This document shows positions 49,754 through 59,972 of a DNA stretch of 64,000 bases, piece by piece; position 1 is the first letter of the stretch; the number at the start of each line of letters is the position of its first letter. The stretch comes from Bdellovibrionales bacterium. GTDB lineage: Bacteria; Bdellovibrionota; Bdellovibrionia; Bdellovibrionales; UBA1609. The DNA is taken from contig OZ241840.1 of the NCBI GenBank assembly GCA_965202645.1, positions 307,066-371,065 on the forward strand, read 5' to 3'. The notes beneath the pieces are model-generated. The model saw nothing but the letters and a program-made list of their open reading frames with translations. It had not been told where the DNA came from and made no database searches. A program made the translations under genes and the position numbers.

Positions 49754-52390
49754 TTAACCTGTTCTAAAAACTTTATTTAGAGCCTCCCGCCATTCATTTT
49801 GAAGGATAAGATCAAATGTCATTTTTTGGTCCTGAATTTCAATAGTTCCGGAGTCTATGGATTTTTTAGAGTATTCCGTAAAAAGATCAAAGAGCTTTCT
49901 CTTGTATTCTGTATCAGGATTTCCCATAAGATGCCGCCCCTTTGTCTCTAAAATGGAAAAAGAGGCAGAGCCGTTTTTAGAAGACTTAACACAAACCAAA
50001 AAATCAGGATAGATTTTATTTTTTTGCCAGCCCTGCAAATGCCAATCCTGCCTCTCTATAATCCTATGCCACCACTTTATAGCTGAATCCTCGTCCAAAT
50101 ACCAAGCCACTTTTTTTTCCAAATCGTTAAATTTAAACTCCTCTTTGTAAATATCCTCAAAAAGGGAAAGCTGTAAATCCGTATCGTTTTGCCTTCTTAA
50201 TACAGGGCTTTTGCTGGAAACAGAAAGATTCAAGGTTTCCGCCATTTCCCAATTCAAGTCCGAATCTCCCGCGCTGACCAGTTTAAATATAATCTCATGA
50301 TTTTTCAGCTTTTCTCTAAAAATCTTTTCTGTTTTTTGGCTTATTTGCTCTTGAAAGTTATTTCTTAAAAAATCCAAAATATAAAAAATGTTTGCCCGCG
50401 CGCTTTTTGCCTCAATCTTTTTTTTTAAAAAAGATAAAGCTTTATTCAATATAGCGCTGGCGTCCCAAGGGTTAGGGATAATATCAGAAAGTCTGGAGCA
50501 TAAAAAACCAAAATTCATATCCAAACTTTCAGCGCTTTCCTCCTCCCTCCCTTGATAAGAGGAAATTAACTCCAGCTGCTCTTTTATATCAACCTGCGTA
50601 TGAGATATATCGGAGGTTTTATTATCTAAGGGGACATCTTTATTAAATTTTAATTTTGACCAGTTAATATTATAAAGCAAATCCTTTTCATAGCTAAATA
50701 ACCTTAATTTTTCTCCTGACCTATATAAAACTTTTGGCAGAAAAATCTGTAATCCTCTAAAGGGCTTTCTTCTTTTTATTTTTACTTGCTTTCTGATTTT
50801 TTGTTTAGTGTCTAAAAACTTTATATCTCCCGCTAGCCCATCCATTCCCTCGTTTTGAAGGCCTCTGCGAACTCCCTCCACAGCCTGAGCCACATCTTGA
50901 TCCATACATATAATGTAGCATTGATTAAAAGACTCAATGCTTGTTTTTCTGGTATGAGGCTGTCTTAAAACCCGCCCTATCATTTGCTCAATGGCCACAG
51001 GGGCTTTTGTCTTGGATAAAATAGTTAAGACATAAGCAAAAGGGCAATCCCAGCCCTCCTTTAAAGCCTCTTTGGTAATGATATATTTGACTTTGGAATA
51101 CTCGGATAATAAATCTTCATTCCCTAATTCGTCTCGGACAGCGGATTTAACCCGTATTTCCAAAGGATCCACATCAAAATTTTTTATTAAATATTCCCTG
51201 ACATCCTCTGAATGAACAAATCTCTTTTCTCTCTGATCTTTCCCTGTCCTCTCCGCTCTTATAAGCATAATAGGCCGGACATATCGATTTTCTTTTGTTT
51301 GCAATTTTGTTGCGTTTTTTGACAGTTTGCGCAGTGTCTCATGGCCTTTAGCCAGAGCTTTTTTCCAGTCTTTGCTTTCCAAGTTAAAAATGTTGATAGG
51401 CAACTTTATCATTTCCTCTTTTTTAAGCGCGCCTCCTGAAACAGAAACCAAGACATTGCTGTGATGCTCTTTTTTATTAGGGGTGGCTGAAAGCTCCAAA
51501 ATAAACCTGGGATTCAAGTCCGTTAAAGCGCTTTTTGCCTTTTCAGCATAAGCCCGATGGCCTTCATCTATTACAATCAAAGGCTGAATCAGTTTTAAAA
51601 CATTCCCCAGACTGTGTTTTATAGAAAGATTATCTCCGCCAGAAGACAAACCATAAGAGTCTAAATTGGGGCATATATTTAATAGCTTTTTATTTTCATG
51701 ATAATCATCCAGTTCAGGAAAAAAATAGGGGAATTTGCCGGAATCCCTGAACATTCTCAAAGTCTCTTTGGTTTGTCTTCCGGCGGATTGAAGCATCAAA
51801 AGCATAATACATAAATAGTCCTTTATATCCTGTGGATGAAAGCTGTCTGTTTTTTGCAGGATTTTTACTTTGCCAAGAGAGGATCGATCCAGGATTTGTC
51901 TATAAAGGCTTTCCCGATCAGACAAAGCTTTTAGAGTTTGTTTATAGATAGAATCGCTTGGGACCACCCACAAGACAAAACCCTTGTTTCTTTCAAAAAA
52001 ATCCATGTTGATTCTCTCCACACTGGCAGCTCCAAGAATAGTTTTCCCTCCTCCTGTGGGAACTTTAAGGCATATATTAGGAACAGGCCGATCCATTCCG
52101 CTTACACGGCTTTTATAAGAGGCCAGAGTCATTTCTTGACTTTTAGGAATAAAAAGAGCTTCGTTTTTATCAATAATTTTTCTGTTTATAAGAGGGAGCA
52201 GTCTTTTTTCATTCAGCTCCTCCCAAGCTCTCTGGCAGTAATTAAAATCCCCTGATGTCCAATGGACAGGGAGCTTTCTGCTTTTTCTGGATTCGGCTAA
52301 AGCCAGCGCGTCTTGTTTTTTTTCTTTTAGAGCATTAAGGTAAAGAGAGAGCCTTTCCAATACTCCTTCTTGATAGTCTTTTAACTCCAA
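49754..52390 (-). CDS. res: Type III restriction enzyme Res subunit
   Basis: VPTGGGKT, DEGH, LSATP, LKEGWDCP, QMIGRVLR; C-terminal YPDF...LETKG nuclease motif. Confidence 0.9.
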   Translation of the reverse strand: MELKDYQEGVLERLSLYLNALKEKKQDALALAESRKSRKLPVHWTSGDFNYCQRAWEELNEKRLLPLINRKIIDKNEALFIPKSQEMTLASYKSRVSGMDRPVPNICLKVPTGGGKTILGAASVERINMDFFERNKGFVLWVVPSDSIYKQTLKALSDRESLYRQILDRSSLGKVKILQKTDSFHPQDIKDYLCIMLLMLQSAGRQTKETLRMFRDSGKFPYFFPELDDYHENKKLLNICPNLDSYGLSSGGDNLSIKHSLGNVLKLIQPLIVIDEGHRAYAEKAKSALTDLNPRFILELSATPNKKEHHSNVLVSVSGGALKKEEMIKLPINIFNLESKDWKKALAKGHETLRKLSKNATKLQTKENRYVRPIMLIRAERTGKDQREKRFVHSEDVREYLIKNFDVDPLEIRVKSAVRDELGNEDLLSEYSKVKYIITKEALKEGWDCPFAYVLTILSKTKAPVAIEQMIGRVLRQPHTRKTSIESFNQCYIICMDQDVAQAVEGVRRGLQNEGMDGLAGDIKFLDTKQKIRKQVKIKRRKPFRGLQIFLPKVLYRSGEKLRLFSYEKDLLYNINWSKLKFNKDVPLDNKTSDISHTQVDIKEQLELISSYQGREEESAESLDMNFGFLCSRLSDIIPNPWDASAILNKALSFLKKKIEAKSARANIFYILDFLRNNFQEQISQKTEKIFREKLKNHEIIFKLVSAGDSDLNWEMAETLNLSVSSKSPVLRRQNDTDLQLSLFEDIYKEEFKFNDLEKKVAWYLDEDSAIKWWHRIIERQDWHLQGWQKNKIYPDFLVCVKSSKNGSASFSILETKGRHLMGNPDTEYKRKLFDLFTEYSKKSIDSGTIEIQDQKMTFDLILQNEWREALNKVFRTG

Positions 52391-54073
52391 TTAAGCCTCC
52401 ATAATTTTGTGAATGTCATAGGGAAGCTGACAAAATTGAATATTATAATCCTTTAAAAGCTCTTTTTGTGTGATGTATTTTGCCGGAGCAAAAACAAGAT
52501 TTGTTTTGTTTGACAGTTTGTTAAATTGCTTTATTGTTTCAGCTAAATCCTCATGCAAAGCGCTGTCTTTGCCCCTTAAAAAATCCAAATCCGGCTTATA
52601 AACAAGGTGAATCCTATAGGCTGAAGTTTCTCCGATAAACCAAGCGGGATTGGCTTTAGCCATTTGATTTAAGCTTCCCCCTGTTGCCGTGTAAAAAACA
52701 TATTCCGCCAACTGCTTGTAATCGGGAAGTTTGCCCTTGAGCATATTCTCCACGTTAATTTCAGCCCCTAAAGAGCAATAAGTGAAGGAGCCGCCTAAGC
52801 CTTTTTTTAGTTTTTCATCTTTTGCTTTGGGGGCGCCCTGGATCACACGGCGAACCCGCTCTGCTGTGATTGTATCCGCGTAGTCCTCACACTCAACAAG
52901 GATGAATTTGCGGTTGCCTCCATCCTCTTTATTTAAGTCCAGAGCCGCATGGGCTGTTGTGCCGGAACCGGCAAAAGAATCTAGGATAATGGAATCTTTA
53001 TCACTCACAATTTTAAATAAACGGATTAGCAAATCAACTGGCTTGCTATTATTAAAAATTTTTTTGCCAAATATGCCTTTTTGCTCATTTGTGGCGTCAG
53101 TTGTAGTTGCCAAATCATAAAAAATGGTCCGCTCTTTTATTGTTTTTGTCTGTCCGTTTAATTCGTCAAGATATTCAACTTCAAATGGAGTCCAGAGGTT
53201 TTTTCTTTTTTCCCAATGAATATACTCTTTGCCCAAATTCAATGGACGTGTCCGCCAGTTGCCGTCTCTTCCATCAGGCGCTTTGGGATAAAAATCTTTG
53301 CCATCAGGATCTTTAATGGGATAAAACATTGTCGGCCGATCCTCGCGATAAGCATTAGACCCCCATTTTTCCAGTTTTGTAAAACGGCACTTTCTCCCGT
53401 TTTTAACTTTGTTGAAAGATTTTGGATTGATTTCAGTTGTTCGAAAACTCATGCGAAAACTGTCACTTTTCCGATAGCATAATATATAATCATGCTCTCT
53501 GGCAAAATATTCACTGTCTTGGCCGCCGCCTGTTTTTTTTCGCCAGACTATTTCATTTATAAAATTCTCTTCTCCAAAAATTTCATCCATTATCATTCGC
53601 AAATGGTGTTGCTCATTATCATCGATGCTGACAAAAATCACTCCGTCATCGGAAAGCAGCTCCTTTAATAACTGGAGCCTTGGCCACATCATGCAAAGCC
53701 ATTTGTCATGTCTTTCCAGGTCATCGGCTCCAATGCCGTTTTGTTTTAGCCATTCCTTTATTATGGGGCTGTTCACTTTATCGTTGTATTTCCAGCCCTC
53801 ATTTCCGGTATTGTAGGGCGGGTCAATATAAATACACTTAATTTTCCCGGAATATCTTGGCAAAAGGGCTTTTAGGGCATGAAGATTGTCTCCATGAATA
53901 ATTAAATTGTCATCCAGACTTCCAGCCTTCGGCTCTGTTCCGGAACCCTTGTCAGCCTTGCTCTTCTTAATGGGACAGCAGGATTTTTTTGCATCAACTT
54001 TAAGCGTTCGGAAAGGAACTCCTAAGTGATGCGAATAGATGACAGATTTTCCCTTAAAATCTAAAAAAGGCAT
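52391..54073 (-). CDS. mod: Type III R-M DNA methyltransferase Mod
   Basis: IHGDNL, IYIDPPYNTG, DSFAGSGTT; abuts res. Confidence 0.93.
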   Translation of the reverse strand: MPFLDFKGKSVIYSHHLGVPFRTLKVDAKKSCCPIKKSKADKGSGTEPKAGSLDDNLIIHGDNLHALKALLPRYSGKIKCIYIDPPYNTGNEGWKYNDKVNSPIIKEWLKQNGIGADDLERHDKWLCMMWPRLQLLKELLSDDGVIFVSIDDNEQHHLRMIMDEIFGEENFINEIVWRKKTGGGQDSEYFAREHDYILCYRKSDSFRMSFRTTEINPKSFNKVKNGRKCRFTKLEKWGSNAYREDRPTMFYPIKDPDGKDFYPKAPDGRDGNWRTRPLNLGKEYIHWEKRKNLWTPFEVEYLDELNGQTKTIKERTIFYDLATTTDATNEQKGIFGKKIFNNSKPVDLLIRLFKIVSDKDSIILDSFAGSGTTAHAALDLNKEDGGNRKFILVECEDYADTITAERVRRVIQGAPKAKDEKLKKGLGGSFTYCSLGAEINVENMLKGKLPDYKQLAEYVFYTATGGSLNQMAKANPAWFIGETSAYRIHLVYKPDLDFLRGKDSALHEDLAETIKQFNKLSNKTNLVFAPAKYITQKELLKDYNIQFCQLPYDIHKIMEA

Positions 54074-54489
54074 GTTTCCCCTCTCAGTTGTATTGTTTCA
54101 TTAAAGTATGCTTCTTGTAAATCCTAAGATTACTTTATATCCAGCGTAAATTTCATAAATTAGCAATAAAAGCTTGCTCCTTCCAGTGGCTTTCAAAAAA
54201 TTCTCATAGCATAATGGAAAGGCTTTTTATGAAAATCGCCTGCCCCGCCTCAATTTAGCAGTAAACAGCTTGTAAAGGCAAGCTAAACAGCTGTTCTTTA
54301 AAAAGGAGATGCTCGCTGTTTTTTTGAGCACACTTGTAAAGGCAAGCGCAAACAGCTGTTTTTTAACAGCTTTTATAAGCTCCTCAAAACATAATGTCCT
54401 GCGTTAATCAAATCTTTAGTCCGCTCAAATCTTTTGCAAGCGTTGCTTGATCAAGGCTATAGACCTGTTCCGATTTTGGCGCGTGGGTT

Positions 54490-54722
54490 TGAATTAAGCC
54501 CCATTGATTGGACAGGAAAAGCCTGAAGTTTAGGTTCTGCCATTTCACCTAATTTAACTTCAAATTTATAAGGGGCCAAATATCCCAGGGAGGAATGCGG
54601 TTTTTTCTTGTTATGAGCCTCCTCGATAAAACAAGGCAGTTGTCTCAATACATCCGCGAAAGTCTCATAATTCTTCAAAATGGCAAATCTATTAATCTGT
54701 CCAACTTTAGGGGAGCGCTCCA
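54490..54722 (-). mobile_element. Internally deleted IS3-family element (233 bp)
   Basis: Ends tgaattaagccccattgattggacag / ctgtccaactttaggggagcgctcca; interior encodes an integrase tail FIEEAHNKKKPHSSLGYLAPYKFE. Confidence 0.75.
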
Positions 54723-54833
54723 ATATGAGGCGAAAAAGCGGATCGATAGGGGGAGCGCTTTTTGATTTTTTTTGAGCCGGATGCGCTTAATTAAACGGCT
54801 CAGCCGTTTTTTTCAACGGCTCAGCCGTTTTTT

Positions 54834-55847
54834 TCAATGGGAAAATAGAGTTGTTTGAATGGCTGATAAGGCGCCCTTTAAGCCTTCTTTGGTTTTGTTG
54901 GATAGGGGAAGCGCTTTTTGATTTTTTTTGAGCTGCATGCGCTTTATTAACCGGCTCAGCCGGGCTTTATTTTTTAATTGATCGGTTTTAGTCAAAATAA
55001 AGAGTTTTTTTTTCCTGCTGAAAGCTTGAAAATAGCTTTCTCCATATTTGTCATCAAAAGCTTTTAGCTCCTCCTCTATCTCTTTTTTATCTGCCAGAGC
55101 TTGCTCACAGGCGCTGTCAATAAAACACAGCAGGAGCTTTGCCCTTTGAATGCTCCTTAAAAAAGACAAGCCTTTTGAGAGGCTTTGGACAGCTCCCTTT
55201 TCCAGACCGGGAATATCCATAATAAAACAGCGCTCGGAAAATCCGCTCATCTGGCCTATATGCGGAGCCAGAGTGGTGTAGGGATAGTCAGCTGTTTTGG
55301 ATTTTGCTCTGGTGACAAGATTAAAAAAAGAGGATTTTCCTGTGTTTGTTTTTCCAATAATGGCGATTTGAATTAAAGGCTTTAGCTCTAAAAGCGCTTT
55401 TTGGCTTTGGCCTCTTTCCCCTTTTTGAGCCTGCCTCGGCGCTTGGTTTAAACTGCTTTTAAAAAAAGCGTTTCCCCGGCCGCCTTTTCCGCCCTTTAAA
55501 AAAACCTCTTTTTCAGCCTTTTGAAAGTCTTTGAGAATTTGCCCTTTAGCGTTTCTGACCAGAGTTCCCAAGGGCAGGCTTAAGCTTAAGTCTTTCCCTC
55601 TTTTGCCTTGTTTTAACTGTTTTCCGCCGGCTGTCCCTGAGCCGGCTCTGTATATTTTTGTTTTTTTAAGATGATCAAAATTACTGACTCTAGGGGAAGA
55701 GACAAAAATCACATCTCCGCCGGGGCCGCCGTCCCCGCCATCCGGCCCTCCGCGCGGTTTTTTTCTGGCTCTGTGAAAGCTGACACAGCCCCCTCCGCCA
55801 GCCCCGGAAATAAGGCTGAGCGCCAGCTGATCCTCATAATGAAACAA
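54834..55847 (-). CDS. obgE: GTPase Obg/CgtA
   Basis: GGPDGGDGG, GGKGGRGN, GKTNTGKS, DYPYTTL, DIPGL. Confidence 0.93.
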   Translation of the reverse strand: MFHYEDQLALSLISGAGGGGCVSFHRARKKPRGGPDGGDGGPGGDVIFVSSPRVSNFDHLKKTKIYRAGSGTAGGKQLKQGKRGKDLSLSLPLGTLVRNAKGQILKDFQKAEKEVFLKGGKGGRGNAFFKSSLNQAPRQAQKGERGQSQKALLELKPLIQIAIIGKTNTGKSSFFNLVTRAKSKTADYPYTTLAPHIGQMSGFSERCFIMDIPGLEKGAVQSLSKGLSFLRSIQRAKLLLCFIDSACEQALADKKEIEEELKAFDDKYGESYFQAFSRKKKLFILTKTDQLKNKARLSRLIKRMQLKKNQKALPLSNKTKEGLKGALSAIQTTLFSH

Positions 55848-55873
55848 AATACCCTCCTAACAATTAAAGCAAA

Positions 55874-55978
55874 TCAAAAATATGCGGCTTTTTGCTTCAT
55901 ATCTTTGCGATACTCCAAATAAGATCTGGATTTAATATCGCTGGATTGGGCGTATATTGTCTTTGTGTCCGGCATCAT
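55874..55978 (-). pseudogene. 5' fragment of the methylase partner gene (possible restriction endonuclease)
   Basis: MMPDTKTIYAQSSDIKSRSYLEYRKDMKQKAAYF* starts 7 nt after the MTase stop; identity inferred from position. Confidence 0.4.
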
Positions 55979-55985
55979 TCTTTTG

Positions 55986-56720
55986 CTAAGCGAATAATCT
56001 ATTTTGATAGCTCTTTAAGCTATTGATCGCCGTTATAGCAATTTCGGGAGCAATTTCATACCCTACACTATTTCTTTTTAAATCCGCGGCGGATTTGATT
56101 GTTGTTCCGCTTCCCACAAAAGGATCTAACACAGTTTCCCCCACATAAGCAAAAGCTTTAATAATTCTATAAGGAAGCTCATAAGGAAATGGGGCGACAT
56201 GAGAGCGGCTGTCCCCGCTGTTTTCCGGCTTCATCTTCCAAACATCTGTGTTTTTAATGCTTAACCAGAAATCTTTGCTCAGTTTTGAAATTTCTTTTTG
56301 CTTTTTTGTCAAGTGGCCATATTTATTAAATCCTTTTTTATCCGGTTTATTAAACTCCAAAATAAACTCGTGCATATTGTTGATTAAAATGCCTCCTGGA
56401 TAGGGATAAGTTCCAAAGTGAGCTTTCACTCCATTTGTTTTATGCCATATAATATCCCTTTTAAAAATGAATCCAATTTTTTCCATGGTTTCTATGGTTC
56501 TGCCGGTTAAATTTAAGGTTTTAAATCCTTTGTCAATTCTTACCGGCAAATTCATAATATTTATAAAAGCTTTCCGGCCCGGCTGGAGGACTCTAAAAGA
56601 CTCTTTCCAAACCATTTCAATTTTCTCAAACCATTTATCAAGGTCATGAATATTGCCCAAGTCATTTTTTATAGGATTTTTCGTATACATCTTTGCATTA
56701 AAATAAGGAGGGGAGGTCAC
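55986..56720 (-). pseudogene. 5'-truncated N4-C/N6-A DNA methyltransferase (beta class)
   Basis: Begins abruptly at VTSPPY; HVAPFP and LDPFVGSGTT present; abuts an IS-like end. Confidence 0.8.
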
Positions 56721-56746
56721 TGGTTTGACCCCTTAAAAGTGGACAC
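56721..56746 (+). mobile_element. Isolated IS3-like terminal inverted repeat
   Basis: tggtttgaccccttaaaagtggacac; similar to tggtttgacccctgaaaataa at 13008. Confidence 0.55.
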
Positions 56747-56785
56747 TTAAGACCAATTAGTCAAGGATCTAAAGAAGGGTTTTTT

Positions 56786-59284
56786 TTAGGTTTTTTTCTC
56801 TTCGCTTTTAATGGCCTCTTTAATTTCCGAAAGAGATCGAGCTTTAAATTCGCTAAAAACCTCTTCGCTTTGTTTGGAATAGCCGCTAAGCCCCTCTTTC
56901 CCGCTTGTGTCCAAAAACTTATAATTTTCAATTTTTAGTTTGATGCTGTCCAGAGAAATATAATTTTTAAAATGATTATCTTCTGCCAGCTGTTCGCGAA
57001 ACAGCTTTTTAAGGTTGTTATCTTCTGCCAGCTGTTTGTGAAACGGCTTTTTAAGGTCGTTATCTTCTGCCAGCTGTTTGTGAAACGGCTTTCTGTTTTC
57101 ACCCTCTTTGATTTGCCTATAGACGAGATAGGCTTTTAAGTCGTGGATTTTCTCCCATTTTAAGTTGACTCTTTTAAATTTCCTTTTGCCAAAGCTGAGC
57201 AAAAACTCATCGCCTTTTTTTAAAATGACTGTTTCATTGGGATCTGTTAATTTTTTTCCGTCTTTTCTCACCGCTCCGGATAAAATTCCCCTTCGAGCCT
57301 CGCTCTTAGACAGGCTAAGCCCCGCCTCCTTGATGAGGCCGCAAACGCTTATTTCTTTTTTATCCTTTGATTTAGGAGAGTAAATTTTTGTTTTTTCCGG
57401 TTTTTTCTCTTTGTTAGGGACATGCTGTTTAGGGCTTCTAGGATCGGTTAGCCAAATAGGCTGGCTGGCTTTTATATTAGCCGGGTTTGATTTTTTAGGG
57501 GTTTTTGTCTCTTTAGAAAGCTGATTTTTTAAATTTGTCTGGTGTGAGAGATCTTGCTTTTTATAGTCTGTTAGCCCAATAGGCTTTCTTTGATTCTTTA
57601 AATTTGGCTGGCATAAAAGATCTTGCTCTTCCGGAATTTGATCCGGCAATCCTCTTTTGGCAAACACTTGCTGAAAATCCTTTTGCGCTTGATTGGCCTC
57701 GTCCTCCCCATAAAAAGAGCAAACCAAGAGCCAAGCCAGCTTTTCTTTTTCTTTTTTGGGATGAAGGCTTTTAGCCTGAAAAGGCTCCTCCAGCTTTCTT
57801 TTTCCATCAGTAAAAAGATCCCAATAGTGAATCAACAGTTCATCTGAAATTTTCATTGTTTTTCCATAAATGTCTTTGGGGCGGTCATTAAAAGAAATAG
57901 CGTTGTTTAAGCTTTTAGACATTTTCCAAGCGTCTGGCATATTCCAGTTTTCCGTTTTTATGTTTTGGCTTTTCATCATGTTTTGTTTTGAGTGAGTTGT
58001 TTGGGGTTTTGCGCCTTGTCGTGGGTCAGCGCTCTCTAGGCTGTGTTGTTTTGCGCCTTGTCGTGGGTCAGCGCTCTCTAGGCTGTGTTGTTTTGCGCCT
58101 TGTCGTGGGTCAGCGCTCTCTAGGCTGTGTTGTTTTGCGCCTTGTCGTGGGTCAGCGCTCTCTAGGCTGTGTTGTTTTGCGCCTTGTCGTGGGTCAGCGC
58201 TCTCTGGGCTGTGTTGTTTTGCGCCTTGTCGGGTTTCAGCGCTCTCTAGGCTGTGTTGTTTTGCGCCTTGTCGTGGGTCAGCGCTCTCTGGGCTGTGTTG
58301 TTTTGCGCCTTGTCGTGGGTCAGCGCTCTCTAGGCTGTGTTGTTTTGCGCCTTGTCGTGGGTCAGCGCTCTCTAGGCTGTGTTGTTTTGCGCCTTGTCGT
58401 GGGTCAGCGCTCTCTAGGCTGTGTTGTTTTGCGCCTTGTCGTGGGTCAGCGCTCTCTAGGCTGTGTTGTTTTGCGCCTTGTTGGATTTCAGCGCTCTCTG
58501 GGCTGTGTTGTTTTGCGCCCCGCCGGGAGTCGATGCCCTCTAAAAGCGGAAGGGTTAAAACTGTTTGCGGCTTTTGGCCAAATTCTTTTTGAAGCTCCCG
58601 GCCTAAAAGCAAATTAAAAAGCTGATCTGTTCCCCCCAGCTCCACATCCGCCTCTATTTGAACAGAATCATAAGCCTGCAATAAAGGGTATAAAAACTCA
58701 TGCAGGCCGATAGGCTTTTTATCCTTGTATCTTAAAGAAAAATCGTTTCTCTCCAACTGCCGGGCCACAGTGAATTTTGAGGAAATTTTAAGGATAAACT
58801 CTTTTAGAGAGAGCTTATCCAGCCAGTTTGAATTGTAGCTCCGCTCTGTCTTTGCGGGATCCAGCCTTTTAAAAAAGCGCAAAATCAATCGCTCTTCATC
58901 GCTTAAATCTTTTTTAGCTTCAAAATTGGCTTTTGTGGCCTGCTCCATATAAGTTTGAGCGTTTTTTTGCGCCTCTTCAAAGGAGAGGCTGGGGCGGGTT
59001 TTATTTTGGCCGGAGGGATCTCCCACACAGGCTGTCCAGTCCCCCACAATAAAATGCGCGATGTGCCCCAGCTCTTGAAATTGGCGAAGCTTTCGGATCA
59101 AAAGGGAATGGCCGAGATGCAGGTCCGGCTTTGAGGGATCAAAACCGGCTTTTACCCGCAGGGGCAGGCCCTTCTTTAGTTTGTCTAAAAGCTCCCCCTC
59201 ATCAATTATATCCACAGCGCCGCGTTTTAAAATATCCAGCTGTTTCTCAGGAGAGAGGCGGGGAGATAAATTTTCAACAGCCAT
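56786..59284 (-). CDS. tyrS: Tyrosine--tRNA ligase with large repeat insertions and a C-terminal extension
   Basis: [36 protein letters not shown]4 domain SKSEARR.I.SGAV...GKRKF. Confidence 0.95.
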   Translation of the reverse strand: MAVENLSPRLSPEKQLDILKRGAVDIIDEGELLDKLKKGLPLRVKAGFDPSKPDLHLGHSLLIRKLRQFQELGHIAHFIVGDWTACVGDPSGQNKTRPSLSFEEAQKNAQTYMEQATKANFEAKKDLSDEERLILRFFKRLDPAKTERSYNSNWLDKLSLKEFILKISSKFTVARQLERNDFSLRYKDKKPIGLHEFLYPLLQAYDSVQIEADVELGGTDQLFNLLLGRELQKEFGQKPQTVLTLPLLEGIDSRRGAKQHSPESAEIQQGAKQHSLESADPRQGAKQHSLESADPRQGAKQHSLESADPRQGAKQHSLESADPRQGAKQHSPESADPRQGAKQHSLESAETRQGAKQHSPESADPRQGAKQHSLESADPRQGAKQHSLESADPRQGAKQHSLESADPRQGAKQHSLESADPRQGAKPQTTHSKQNMMKSQNIKTENWNMPDAWKMSKSLNNAISFNDRPKDIYGKTMKISDELLIHYWDLFTDGKRKLEEPFQAKSLHPKKEKEKLAWLLVCSFYGEDEANQAQKDFQQVFAKRGLPDQIPEEQDLLCQPNLKNQRKPIGLTDYKKQDLSHQTNLKNQLSKETKTPKKSNPANIKASQPIWLTDPRSPKQHVPNKEKKPEKTKIYSPKSKDKKEISVCGLIKEAGLSLSKSEARRGILSGAVRKDGKKLTDPNETVILKKGDEFLLSFGKRKFKRVNLKWEKIHDLKAYLVYRQIKEGENRKPFHKQLAEDNDLKKPFHKQLAEDNNLKKLFREQLAEDNHFKNYISLDSIKLKIENYKFLDTSGKEGLSGYSKQSEEVFSEFKARSLSEIKEAIKSEEKKT
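58007..58524. repeat. In-frame 42-bp tandem repeat (12 full copies plus a partial) inside tyrS
   Basis: Unit encodes [14 protein letters not shown]. Confidence 0.97.
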
Positions 59285-59330
59285 AATAAGCTCCTTTTAA
59301 AAGCGGTTAAGAGGGTTGAAGCGCATTTCA

Positions 59331-59972
59331 ATCTATTAGCGGTCCTGCTCCACAATGCCGGTATTCCCGAATCACGCTCCAGTCTATTAGCGGTCCTGCT
59401 CCACAATGCCGGTATCCCTGAATCACGCCTAAATCTATTAGCGGTCCTGCTCCACAATGCGGTATCCCTGAATCACACCTAAATCTATTAGCGGTCCTGC
59501 TCCACAATGCGGCATTCCCGAATCACGCTCCAGCCTATTAGCGAGCATGCTCCACAATGCCGGTATTCCCGAATCACACTCCAGCCTATTAGCGGTTCTG
59601 CTCCACAATGCGGCATTCCCGAATCACGCTCCAGCCTATTAGCGGTCCTGCTCCACACTGCGGTATCCCTAAATCACGCCCAAACAACCTACGGCTCCAA
59701 AATGCCGGCATCCCTGAATTACGCTCCAATCTATTAGCGGTCCGGTTCCACAATGCCGGTATCCCTGAATCACGCTCCAGCCTATTAGCGGTCCGGCTCC
59801 ACACTGCGGCATTTCTGAATCACGCTCCAGCCTAGCGGTCCGGTTCCACAATGCCGGTATCCCTGAATCACGCTCCAGCCTATTAGCGGTCCGGCTCCAC
59901 ACTGCGGCATTTCTGAATCACGCTCCAGCCTAGCGGGCATGCTCCACGATGCGGTATTCCCGAATCACGCTC
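59331..59972. repeat. ~50-51-bp tandem array (~12 copies) derived from the rny 3' end
   Basis: Unit ctattagcggtcctgctccacaatgccggtattcccgaatcacgctccag aligns with rny terminal ctagcgggcatgctccacgatgcggtattcccgaatcacgctc. Confidence 0.95.

Noticed and set aside
57900..58545. Intein or intron in tyrS
   Set aside because: The insert is a simple tandem repeat with no HINT blocks, HN terminus or homing endonuclease
57988..58617. 209-aa plus-strand repeat ORF
   Set aside because: Antisense shadow of the tyrS 42-bp repeat
59227..59902. Short repeat-peptide ORFs as RiPP precursors
   Set aside because: 50/51-bp units shift frame, there is no RBS, and they are far from the radical SAM cluster
59331..59930. 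CRISPR array
   Set aside because: Units are contiguous without unique spacers and derive from the rny coding end; no cas genes in the window
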